Under the pieces are notes generated by a model that was not told where the DNA came from, ran no database searches, and was given only the letters and a program-made list of their open reading frames with translations. Source: Octopus sinensis (lineage: Eukaryota). Taken from it: a DNA stretch of 64,000 bases. A program made the translations under genes and the position numbers. Location of the stretch: positions 148,331 through 212,330 of the forward strand of contig NW_021835958.1 of the NCBI RefSeq assembly GCF_006345805.1, read 5' to 3'. Below, piece by piece: positions 52,270 through 64,000 of this stretch (its first letter is position 1; every line of letters begins with the position of its first letter).

Positions 52270-53800
52270 GGGAAAAAGGAATGAAGATTCACATCGACAA
52301 TGCTCTCCTCAACACGTATGCCATACCAATTAAGACAATATTTTGCATTTTCTCCATAGATGGTTAGCCAGTATCATTCTCAAATAATTTTTAGTTTCTT
52401 TTTTTATCATTCCAAGTGCTTCTACAATCACTGGTATTGTAAACGTCTTGAGATGCCACATTTTTTCAATTTCAGTCAGCAAATCTTTATATTATCTGAG
52501 CTTATCTAATTCTGTTGCTGCGATATTATGATCACAAGATATGCTCATGTCAATCAATAAACAGACTTTATTGTTTTAGTCTCCCACAACAATATCTGGT
52601 TTATTAGCTTTGATGGTTCTGTCTGTGTGTACTGGGAAGTCCCAAGACAATCGTTACATTTTCTCCTCCAGTTACAACCTCAAGGAGGTGCTTATACCAT
52701 TTGTTAGTAGTTTTGATTTTAAAATGCCAACATATTAACCAGTGCAGATATCGGTCAACTCTGTCATATCTTGATTTATACTCTACGCATGCTAAAATTT
52801 TACACCCAGAGATTATGTGGACCATTGTTTCAATCTCATCGTTGCATTATCAGCACTTTGGGTCTACTTCATCTTTCATCACATTGACTTGATAATTCCG
52901 TGTCATTAAGCTCGCATAAAGCCTTTGCTCTCTGCCTTTAGCCTTAAGCTCCGCAGTCAGTGATGGGTGTGCTTCTGCTCTACATCAGTTTGCTTGCTAC
53001 GAGCCACCTATTTGTTCCCACCTATCAATCAATTGTTCAAACACATCAATTGATTTCACCTTCTTTGCAACAGTTGTCACACTTCCCTCATGCTGTTCAA
53101 CCTGGGTATTATGCAAGGGCCTCACTAGCAAATCTTTTGCTCTCCTTCATGAGAGAAAAAAGCTTCTTACGCCTCTCGTGGTTTTCCAGTCGTTAAATGT
53201 TTCAAGATATTTGGCCAGTCCATTTGTGGTGGTTTTATGAGAAATTTCAAATTGGATCAAGCCTCGACCACTTGGGCTCTAAGAAGGTAATGTTATTGTT
53301 GTGGTTCAAGTTATTGTTGCTTTGTTACAAGATTCTCCCAGAGACCTCAAGTAACTGCAAGTTGGGCGTTTTGTTAGAAGTGTTATTTATGATTGGCATT
53401 GATATATTGTACGGTAAGGAAACAAAAATCTGAGAACTAAGATTCTGTTAAATTTGTAATATTTCAGTTTTGAAAGAGTTTTCAGAGAATCAGATATTTT
53501 CAAGTTGACAATGCCTTTCTTAGCATAGGAAAAATCTTTTACAGTTCTGAAGCCTTGGCGTTTACTGGTATTTGGACACGCGTCGTTTGATTTTGTCCCC
53601 AAAGCTCTGATGACCACAGGTACAGTTGTTGTTCTTAGATGTCATATTTTTAAAACATTTATTTCAAAGCTCCTTACATTTATTTAACTCCTCAAACGTT
53701 TTTACAGAAGTGTTGCAGTCTGCTGGGATTGACATATCTATGAGCAGAGATGTTTTGTCCAATGTGATTTTTTACCACGATATCTGCTCTACTGGCCTGT
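52270..53800 (-). mobile_element. Stacked R4/Dong-clade LINE 3' fragments (52270-52960 is the same family as 11490-12150; older pieces extend to about 53800)
   Basis: Minus strand encodes VCLLIDMSISCDHN...EIEKMWHLK...IPVIV and a second SLLIDMSIPADC remnant near 53720-53760. Confidence 0.75.
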
Positions 53801-54470
53801 AAAGCACAATCAGTTTCGTAGTAAAATCCCTAAGAACGGTGATATCTTTATTTTTAATCCAATACAAATCCTGGTCAAGTCCATCATGTGAATGAATTTG
53901 GTAGATGGAAACTGTGTGGCAGCCTGTTGTGTGTGTGTGTGTGTTAATATTTCCCGCAGGTATAGTGAGATTAATGACCTGCTGTAGAGTTCAATATACG
54001 TATAATCCAGAAAAATATGAGTATAGAAAGCAAAGAGAAGACACCACAAAATCCGTGTTTTTCACCACGGTTTGACAACTGATTTTAGATCACTTATGTC
54101 CCAATAACTAAGTGGTTCGGCAAAAGTTATCGATCGAATAAGTATCAGATTAAAAAAATTATAAGTAATGGGGGTGATTTGTTTGATTGAAACCCTTCAT
54201 GGCAGTGCCCCAGCATGGCCAAAATGCAATAACTGAAGATCAAAGAAAAAGTGATAATTTTCCCCTTCTTTCTGGCCTAGTGTAACTAGGACTACATTTT
54301 CTAATGAGTTCTTCCATCTTTATTTTTAAAACTTTAAAACACAGGTTCAAATACTGACATTCCAGTCACTGACGGTCCAGAACCTCTTATAATCCACAGA
54401 TTTCATACTAATGTGCCGCTACTTTTATTTCATTTAAATATCTAAGTAAATTTAATATTTCTTTAATTAA

Positions 54471-54902
54471 CAGGAGTTGCTGTGTGGTAAGTAGCTTGCT
54501 AACCAACCACATGGTTCCGGGTTCAGTCCCACTGCGTGGCATCTTGGGCAAGTGTCTTCTGCTATAGCCCCGGGTCGACCAAAGCCTTGTGAGTGGATTT
54601 GGTAGACGGAAACTGAAAGAAGCCTGTCGTATATATGTATATGTATGTATATGTATGTATGTGTATGTGTTTGTGTGTCTGTGTTTGTACCCCTAGCATT
54701 GCTTGACAACCGATGCTGGTGTGTTTACGTCCCCGTCAATTAGCGGTTCGGCAAAAGAGACCGATAGAATAAGTACTGGGCTTACAAAGAATAAGTACTG
54801 GCTTACAAAGAATAAGTCCCGGGGCCGAGTTGCTCGACTAAAGGCGGTGCTCCAGCATGACCGCAGTCAAATGACTGAAACAAGTAAAAGAGTAAAAGAG
54901 TA
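54471..54902 (+). mobile_element. tRNA-derived SINE family 2, full length
   Basis: Near-identical to 36243-36682, with a small tandem duplication (ggcttacaaagaataagt x2) and an AAGAGTA tail. Confidence 0.93.
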
Positions 54903-55468
54903 TGTCCAAGATGACCATCCCTGGTTAGGAAAGAACCAATAATCCGAAAAGGCTTTGGAACTAAATGTTCCGGGAATTCGATGTTGTACTTGAATAATTC
55001 AACGGAGATTTGGCTGCTCTTTCTTGCTGATCGATAACCACATCCGTACGTAGTCTTATTATTAATTAATACCACTGACAGTCGCTAATGATGATTATTT
55101 TCTATAGCAGTAGAGGCAGCGACGGCGGCGGCGTCGGCGTCTACGATGTTGATGTTGGTTGGTAATAATGATGTTCGTCGAATTGTTATTCTTGTGCGAG
55201 AGAAAAAACAGCAACAGCGGTAGCGGTGGTTGTGGGGGTAATGATGATGATGATGATGATGGTGGTGTTGATGGAGGTCAGCGTTTAAACTGGTGGTGTT
55301 GGTGATGGTGGCGACACTGGAGTTGGTGTTGGCAATGGGAGTGGTGATCTTAAAACACGACCAGAGTCTATGAGCCAGAAAGAAAAACAGGGGAGTCCCG
55401 TTAGATGGTTTTTCCATTTCTGCTGGACTCATTTCCGGGGGTCTGCTTCGTTAATTTGTTTCATGAAG

Positions 55469-55520
<52 letters not shown>

Positions 55521-55877
55521 TTGTGTGTGTGTGATTGTGTGTGTGTGTGTGTATGTGTGTGTGTGTGCGTGTGATTGTGTGTGTGTGTGTGTGTGTGGTG
55601 TGTGTGATTGTGTGTGCGTATGTGTGATTGTGTGTTTGAGGGTGTATGTTTGTGGGTGTTGGTATGCGAATATCTGTGTGTTATGTATATATGTACTTGT
55701 GTATATATGTATGTACGTTTGTATGTATGTATGTATTTATGTACGAATGTATGTATGTATGTATGTATCTATCTACACATATATGCGTATAAGTCTGTCT
55801 ATCAATCTCTATTCTCTCTCGATCTCTCTTTCCTTCTCCCTCTCTTCTCCTCACTCTCTTTCCCCTCACCCTCTCCA

Positions 55878-55933
<56 letters not shown>

Positions 55934-56463
55934 CACATACACACTCAGAATCATACATGTATTTATGTGCCTGCATGCGTATTCGTGTGGTTGTGTGTGT
56001 GTGTGTGTGTGTACGAGAGAGAGGGGAAGTGAGTTACAGACAGTTACTGAGTTAGAAAACATAATTGAAAAGACAGAGAGAGACAGAAGGAGAGAGAGAG
56101 AGAGAAAGAGTGAGAAAGAGAGAGAAGGAAAGCAGGTATGTAAAAGAAGGATAGAAGTTGTGTAGATGGGACGGTAAGACCAACTTCTGAGGAGAGAGGA
56201 TTGTTTAGAGTGAGTGGAAGCGAGGAAAGGCCGAGTTATATCATTGGAACGTGAAATATGCAGTCGGATATCCCGATCAAACACACACACACACATACAC
56301 ACACGCACACACACACACACACGTTCATGCATACACACGCGCGCACACACACACACGCACGCACAAGCGCATTTACAATTTATTGGAAATTGAACCGTCA
56401 GATTATTACCCCCAGTTTTGCGTTATCGATCTTCGAAAGAAGGTTGATATATATAGATATAGG

Positions 56464-57410
56464 AATACATACATACATACATACATACATACATACATAC
56501 ATACATGCTTGCATACATACACACATACATATATGCATACATACATACATACATACATACATACATACATACATACATACATACATACATACATACATAC
56601 ATACATACATACATGCTTGCATACATACATACATACATACATGCTTGCATACATACATACATACATGCATACATGCATACATACATACATACATTCATGC
56701 ATACATACAGACATACATGCTTGCATACATACATACATACATTCATGCATACATACATACACAAATACATACATACATACACACATACATACATACATAC
56801 GTACATACATACATACATACATACATACATGCTTGCATATATACATACATACATGCATACATACATACATGCATACATACATGCATTCATGCATACATAC
56901 ATACATACATACTACATGCTTGCATACATACATACATACATACATATATACATGCTTGCATACATACATACATACATGCATGCATACATACATACATGCA
57001 TTCATGCATACATACAGACATACATGCTTGCATAATACATTCATACATACATACATTCATGCATACATACATACATACATACATACATACATACATGCAT
57101 GCATACATACATACATATACATACATTCATGCATACATACAGACATACATGCTTGCATACATACATACATACATACATACATACATACATACATACTACA
57201 TACATACATTCATGCATACATACATACACAAATACATACATACATACATACATGCTTGCATACAAACATACATACATACTTGCATACAAACATATATACA
57301 TACATACATACATACATACTTACATACAAACATACATACATACAAACATACATACATACATACATACATGCTTACATATACATTCATTCATACATATATG
57401 CATGCATACA
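56464..57410. repeat. About 950-bp (CATA)n array with recurring variant blocks
   Basis: Direct reading; source of the spurious 392-aa and 399-aa ORFs. Confidence 0.97.
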
Positions 57411-57414
57411 TCTT

Positions 57415-60180
57415 ACAAACAAAAATTAAAGGCAAGAGAAGTGATGTTGGAAGATAGCAAAAAGAGGACACTCACTTGCAAACTAATCAGCCGACATCAG
57501 AAAAGAATAAACGAGAGAGAAAAAAAATAAGCAGAAAATTTTAACCGGGACCAGACAGCAGTGTGCAGAGACATGAGAAGCGAAGCAGTGAACACCATAG
57601 AAGCTTCTTCAAGAGAAGACATAGACTCCTTCTGGAGCGAAGAGAAGGAGTTTAACCAAAATGCACTGTGGCTGGAAGAAATTCGAAGAAGTTATTGTGC
57701 CTGCATTTCGCTCAAGATATATGGCATTCATGGCGATTCTCTTATGACTGTAATCCAGAAACTTCAGGACGGAAATGAACCTGGAAATAGGAAAAAAAAA
57801 AAGGCGGCGAGCTGGCAGAAACGTTAGCACGCCGGGCGAAATGCTTAGCGGTATTTCGTCTGCGTTACGTTGTGAGTTCAAATTCCGCCGAGGTCGACTT
57901 TGCCTTTCATCCTTTCGGGGTCGATAAATTAAGTACCAGTTACGCACTGGGGGTCGATGTAATCGACTTAATACCTATGTCTGTCCTTGTTTGTCCCCTC
58001 TGTGTTTAGCCCCTTGTGGGTAATAAAGAAATAGGAAATGAATCTGGAAGAGACTTGATTGTTGGATATTGGTACAAGAAGCTAACATTCTACCGACCAT
58101 ATCTTATCAATCTGTAGCAACATGCTCGAAATGGGAATAATAGCATACTAGAGTTCCAAATGCAGAACCATACACATGGCAAAAAGCTACCGGCCAGTTG
58201 CATGCCAGAACTTAATGTATAAGATATACACAGCGTGTTTAAACCTCTTCCTCGAAGACCATTGTGAAAGTAATAACATCATCACAGCACGACAGGCAGC
58301 TGGGAAGAAGGGAGTCTGGGGATGTGCCGAGCAGATGTTATATCAGAGGTGCGGGAGCAGAGAGGAAACCTAGTTTCAATGTATCTAGACTACAAGGAAG
58401 CCTTTAACTCTGTTCCCTACTTATGGATGCTAGAAGCCCTTCAACTTGCTAAAATTCCAGTGAGCATAGTCAAAGTCATAACTGATCTGACTTCATCGTG
58501 GGCCACCATCTGGAAATTAAACACACGGAGTGACTGTATTATCACTCATAGTATACAGTATCGCATAGGTATATTCCAAGGGGCCAGCTTCTCTGTGCTG
58601 TTGTTTATACTTTCTGTAAACCCCTCGTCATTCATATCAAGGATATCTAAATGATATCTCACAGGTTTGCAAGGAAACAGAAATACCAAAGTTACGCACT
58701 GTTTCTTTGTGGGTGACTTGAAACTTTATGCAAAGAATATGTACGAAATGAAAAAGAGCATGGACCTGGTTACTACATTCTCAAAGGATGTAGTGTTGGA
58801 TGAATGTTATATGGTCAGGAAAAGAGGGAAGACTGTAAACCATACTATCAACATCTCCATCAATGACTTGTCTGTTTCCCCTGTATCTGATGAGGAATAT
58901 TACAGGTACATAAGAGTGGATGTAAACATTTCTTACAATGGAACCTGTAACAAAACACGTGTCATTAAAGAATATTACAGCAAAAGAAAGAAAATTGGAC
59001 CTCAGAACTCTGTGCATTCAATTAAGCAGTGGCCCATAATGGGTTTGCAGTGCCAGTACTCATACCAACATTTGGGTTGCTTGATTGGACGCCTGCAGAG
59101 ATCCGAGCCATTGATGTGAAAACCTGGAACATACTAACCACAAAACATAATTGCCACATCAACAGCGAGGTAGACCGTCTCTACCTAAAACGAAAGCAAG
59201 GTGGCAGGGGCTTAACATCAATCAAGACTGCTTTTGAATGTCGCATCATATCCTTTCGGCAACATTTTTTAACGACTAAGTGTGGAAGTGCATGCCTTAA
59301 CCAAGTTTGCATACATGAGGCTGATAACATCATAAGACTTGGAAGGCAGCTCCTTGAGCAGAATTCCTTGTTTAATGGCCTTAAATACATGCATGGATAT
59401 GTTGGTAGAATGCTCTGACGTGATAGTAATGTTGATCATCAAAGCAGTCTATCGTGGACCAACAACCGGATTACTACCTCCAACACTGTAGGGTATGTGT
59501 TTTCAATCCAGGAACAGAAAATATCAACTAAATACCTGATGCACAAAAGGGATAGAGATACAGTAAAAGCAGCAACGTGTGACAACCGATGCAGACTTTG
59601 TGGAGCTAACATCTATGATATCACCCACTAACAAGCGGTTGTCCGAAAATGTCATCACGGTATTATCTACCTATGAGACATGATATTGTAGCTAGAACAC
59701 TGTACAACGAGATCCGTTCGAAGGATAACCTCGAAGACAAACAAATAACAACACACAGTATGGTGGAAGCCATAGTCACTCATAATAAAAAGGAATACTG
59801 GTGGAATGCACCAGTGAAGGCCCCAATAAAATGTAAGAACAACAGACCTGATATTATGATTTGGGATAGAGAAGAGAAACTGTGTAAAGCTGTGGAAATT
59901 AGCTACCCAACAGATGTTAGCATATGGCTAAAGATCAGTGGAAAAGAAAATACCAATACTGAACTATTGAGAAATTTGCAGTTACACTATCCAGATTATA
60001 AGTTCAAGTTTATACTTGTAATTATTGGGGCCTTGGGAAATGTAACACACTGCCTAAATACCAACCTTGAGAAATTAAGCTTTTCAAAATCTTGAAAGCG
60101 AAGGCTAATTGAAGACTACAGGTTCAAGCCATCACTAGCACTGTAAAAATCTGTAGAACTTTTCCAGAAGTTTATCATTT
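57415..60180 (+). mobile_element. R4/Dong-clade LINE relic interrupted by a SINE at 57787-58033
   Basis: SYRPVACQNLMYKIYT, YLDYKEAFNSVP, GIFQGASFSVLLF, FFVGDLKLYAK, VDRLYLKRKQGGRGL, NNRPDIMIWD...VEISYPTD, IIGALG. Confidence 0.9.
57803..58033 (+). mobile_element. tRNA-derived SINE family 1 monomer with Tx1-like tail and 16-bp TSD
   Basis: A-box-like TGGCAGAAACG and B-box GAGTTCAAATTCC. TSD GGAAATGAA(C/T)CTGGAA at 57771-57786 and 58034-58049. Confidence 0.93.
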
Positions 60181-60639
60181 ATATGCATGCCTAGATACGC
60201 ATGTATATGCATGAGAATCTATGCATGAACTAAAACATGAAAATCTACACATATACATACATACGTACGTACAAAAATATCCTGTTGATGTAGAAATTCA
60301 GTGAAGGAGCCTTGGATCTTGGTTAGAAACCGACTCTTTATTGGCAAGAAATCTTGAAATAAAACTGAATGACATGCATACGTACGTACGTACATACATA
60401 CATACATACATACATACGCACACACATACATACATACATACATACATAACATACGCACCACACTACATACATACATACATACATACATACAACACACATA
60501 CATACATAATAATACATACGCACACACCAAATACATACATACATACATACATACACACATACATACATACATACATACATACATACATACATACATACAT
60601 ACATACATACATACATACATACATACATACATAGACAAG

Positions 60640-60995
60640 TGTCACTAAAAATGTTACAACTGACTAAAGAAAATTTGGCCCTAGGAACACTCTGCATACA
60701 ATAAAACAGTGGCCCATAATGTGTTTCTAGTACCAGTACTCATACAAACATTAAGCCTGCTTGACTGGACGCTTGATGGGATCCATGCCAATGATGTGAA
60801 AACCCGGAAGATACCAGCACAAACAATTTCTCCATCATGAATGACGTAGACCACCTCTAACTAAAACAAAAAAAAAAAAATAATGGTAATAGAAGCTTAA
60901 CATCGATCCAGACTGTCCAAGGTTCCATGCAGTGAGGCTGAACCAGGAACCATGTGGTCGGCGAGCAAGTTTATTACCACACAGTTACGCCTGCG
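60640..60995. mobile_element. Short R4 fragment (+, related to 58990-59190) followed by a SINE family 2 head (-, 60925-60995)
   Basis: aaacagtggcccataatg...ccagtactcatac parallels 59030-59065; gaaccatgtgg...ccacacag...gcctgcgcc is the reverse complement of the SINE head. Confidence 0.65.
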
Positions 60996-61773
60996 CCAAG
61001 TATTATAATAGATTTTTAAATATGAAAGTAGTTGGCTGCAGTTGAAATCCGCAACATTACGTTATACAAAGGGAAATAAGTGTGTTAATGACATCGGGAT
61101 ACAATGTACCGGAAGATTAGTGACCGTGTCGTCGTTATGAAATACTTTGATATCTAGTTTAATGGGAATATGTAGATGTGTGTGTGTACGTGTGTGTATG
61201 TGTCAATGTGTGTCTGTGTGTATATGTGTGTGTGTGCGTGTGTGTGTTGTGCTTTTAGAAAAAAATAAAAGAAGTTAATATAACGGCAAATATATGTTTT
61301 AAATGGTAATCCTGACTTCTAGAAAGAAGCATGTAATTGTCTGATATGTATGTATCCATAGATAAATAGATGAATAAATATACACGTGTATGTTCTTGTA
61401 TATATATATATATATATATATATGTTTGTGTGTGTGTGTTGGTGTGTTTGTGTATGTGTGCACACGTAATACGTAGTCATGCTTACATGCGTATGCATAC
61501 TTAGAAAACTAAATATGTAGTACACACCACACACGCACACGCGCGCACGTACACATATCTGCTCATGTAGACACATACACAGGCACAAATACACAAAAAC
61601 ACATTTACTCACACACACACACACACACCACACACACACACACACACACCACACACAACACACACACACACACACCACCCGCACGCACGCACGCACGCAC
61701 ACACTCATTCTGCATCCCAAAACAAAGAAATAGCCCAAATACTCTGTGCGTATACGTGTGTACGCAGACTAGC

Positions 61774-61849
<76 letters not shown>

Positions 61850-61988
61850 CCCCCCTCACTCTCTCTGTCTCACTGTCTCTCTCTTTTTACACATACATAA
61901 ATATATACATCTGTATATGTATGTGTGTGGTGTATGATGTATGTAGTATGTATATGTGTGTATGTATGTATATGTGTGTATGTAATTG

Positions 61989-62028
<40 letters not shown>

Positions 62029-62037
62029 ACACACACG

Positions 62038-62079
<42 letters not shown>

Positions 62080-62471
62080 CAGTTCTGAAATATAGACGGA
62101 TACACACAAGGATACGTACACGTATACATGACATAACATACAGACCTGTATACATGCGTAACATGTACATGCATGCATACGTACATATATACACACACAT
62201 AACAAAAATGTATATATTGCTTTTCAAGACGCCGATTGCAAGGGAGGATGTACACCAGGTTATCATCACAAATATATGTAGTGGAAGGAACCGTGCTGGG
62301 TTTGTCTGTAGGCGGTCTGGGCCTCATAGTTAGTAGAGTTTACGCTACAGTTCCTGCGCGTCATCAAGTCATATACTTTCACACGCGCCTTTTCACTCAT
62401 GCGCAGTAGAATCCCCGGTATCACTTGGTAAAAGAGAGATTGAAAGATGAGGAGAATGAGTGTGGGTGAGA

Positions 62472-62503
<32 letters not shown>

Positions 62504-62601
62504 CGGGTGTTTGTTAGTGGTTCCACATGTGAGTGAGTATAAATAAAAGTCATACAACTTTTGTTTGTGGATTTACATACAAACACACGCAGAGACACAC
62601 G

Positions 62602-62650
<49 letters not shown>

Positions 62651-62683
62651 ACACACATGTATACAAATATATCTTTTATCGTT

Positions 62684-63050
62684 TACTCATTTCAGTCACT
62701 AGACTACGGCCACGCTGGAGCACCGCTTTGGAGAATTTTTTTAAGTCGAATGAATCGACCACCAATTCTTTTTCTTAAGCCTGGTACTTATTCTATCGAT
62801 CTTTTTTGCCGAACCGCTAAGTTGCGGGGAAGACAACCTACCAACACCGGTTGTCAAGCAGTGATGAGGGGACAAACCCAGACACAAAGAGGCACATACA
62901 TAGGTTTATTCAGCTTCCGTTTATCAAATTCACTGGCAAGGCTTTAGCCCGAGGCAATAATAGAAGACGCCTGCCCAAGGTGCCACTGCCATGCTGAGCA
63001 CCGAACCATGCGCTTGGGAAGCAAACCTCTTACCACAGATCCACGCCTGC
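62684..63050 (-). mobile_element. Diverged SINE family 2 copy
   Basis: tttgccgaaccgctaag, cggttgtcaagca and gcccaaggtgcca segments, colinear with 18232-18633. Confidence 0.8.
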
Positions 63051-63137
63051 ATCTATAAATAAATGAGTAAATAAATAGATAAATAAATATATATATATAT
63101 ATAATATATAATATATATATATATAATTTTATTTAAT

Positions 63138-63349
63138 TCTTTTGCAGGAAGGACTGATTCGACGGGTCGTGTTCTGTCCTTACCTTCGAAACACGCATGG
63201 AGTAGAACCATAGACAGCTGATGAAGGGGAATATTCCTTGTATTGTTTGTCTTGTACTCTGTTTTTCGGTTTAAGTCCGTTTCCATGTGTTTGTTTTATG
63301 TTTTCGTTTCTCGTTGAGTTCTACGTCTATTTGTGGTGTTCTGTGCTCG

Positions 63350-63352
<3 letters not shown>
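63138..63352 (+). repeat. Family A short element, second copy, TA-flanked
   Basis: Colinear with 3150-3368. Confidence 0.8.
63168..63231 (+). ncRNA. Candidate non-circularly permuted hammerhead ribozyme (copy 2)
   Basis: CGTGT-T-CTGTC, CCTTC-GAAA-CACG, GACAG-CTGATGA-A-GGGG. Canonical CUGAUGA and GAAA cores; helix I is CTGTC/GACAG. Confidence 0.62.
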
Positions 63353-63408
<56 letters not shown>

Positions 63409-63442
63409 GATATATATATGATATATATATATATATATATGT

Positions 63443-63827
63443 GGAGGCGCAATGGCCCAGTGGTTAGGGCAGCGGACTCGCGGTCGTAGGATCGCGGTTT
63501 CGATTCCCACACCGGGCGTTGTGAGTGTTTATTGAGCGAAAACACCTTAAAGCTCCACGAGGCTCCGGCAGGGATGGTTGGTGATCCTGCTGTACTCTTT
63601 TCACCACAACTTTCTCTCACTTTACTTCCTGTTTCTGTTGTACCTGTATTTCAAAGGGCCGGCCTTGTCACTCTCTGTGTCACGCTGAATATCCCCGAGA
63701 ACTACGTTAAGGGTACACGTGTCTGTGGAGTGCTCAGCCACTTGCACGTTAATTTCACGAGCAGGCTATTCGTTGATCGGATCAACCGGAACCTCGTCGT
63801 CGTAACCGACGGAGTGCTTCCATCCAT
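63443..63827 (+). mobile_element. tRNA-derived SINE, family 3
   Basis: GGAGGCGCAA-TGGCCCAGTGG (A box)...GGTTTCGATTCC (B box), followed by about 300 bp of non-tRNA body with no tRNA-like 3' acceptor arm; TA-flanked. Confidence 0.85.
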
Positions 63828-63828
63828 A

Positions 63829-63890
<62 letters not shown>

Positions 63891-64000
63891 GATATATATA
63901 TATATGTATGCATATATGTTATTATTAAATATTGTATGACTGGGGGAGTCTTTGTAGAAGTGTAGTATATATATATAATATATATATATATGTATATATA

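Noticed and set aside
55084-55432. His/Ala/Thr-rich ORF resembling a transcription-factor low-complexity region
   Set aside because: Composed of mixed trinucleotide repeats with no adjoining domain; similar tracts at 23820-23990 and 9030-9240 are non-coding.
56251-57457. 392-aa and 399-aa ORFs (HTYI repeats)
   Set aside because: These are translations of the (CATA)n array. The same applies to the [12 protein letters not shown], poly-L/F/K/N ORFs throughout the track.
57784-57794. GAAATAGGAAA as the TSD of the SINE
   Set aside because: The longer 16-bp duplication (57771-57786 / 58034-58049) explains the site better and restores the host reading frame.
60281-60370. GTGAAGGAGCC...GGTTAGAAACCG, superficially hammerhead-like
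   Set aside because: The core deviates at positions 3 and 9, there is no UH triplet and no helix I.
63443-63520. tRNA-like sequence as a real tRNA gene
   Set aside because: A and B boxes are present, but the acceptor stem does not close and the sequence continues into a SINE body. The same holds for the other SINE heads.

Overview
This is eukaryotic, repeat-saturated genomic DNA. The SINE types and extreme microsatellite density suggest an octopus or other coleoid cephalopod (inference from pattern, no database search). I can support no intact host protein-coding gene, rRNA, true tRNA or CRISPR array. The window holds: three copies of one Tx1/L1-clade LINE plus two older relics; about a dozen fragments of R4/Dong-type (restriction-like endonuclease) LINEs piled in same-strand clusters; one RTE LINE; an autonomous-type Helitron relic and a non-autonomous Helitron; a mariner relic; several tRNA-derived SINE families; and many (TA)n, (CA)n, (TATC)n, (CATA)n, (AAT)n and (GAA)n arrays. 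Most long ORFs in the track are microsatellite artefacts, and some frameshifts may be long-read errors. The strongest unexpected signals are four. (1) Three adjacent short elements at 3.15-4.09 kb each carry a hammerhead-ribozyme-like fold. One has the three hammerhead strands in a non-circularly permuted order (III/I, II/III, I/II), and a diverged second copy at 63.2 kb shows a compensatory base-pair change. (2) A SINE with a 16-bp TSD has a terminal 42 nt that matches the 3' end of the Tx1 LINE (35/42). (3) That Tx1 family is associated with (TATC)n arrays. (4) A perfect 169-bp fold-back duplication sits inside the Helitron helicase gene. All structures and alignments were done by eye; none has been computationally or experimentally confirmed.
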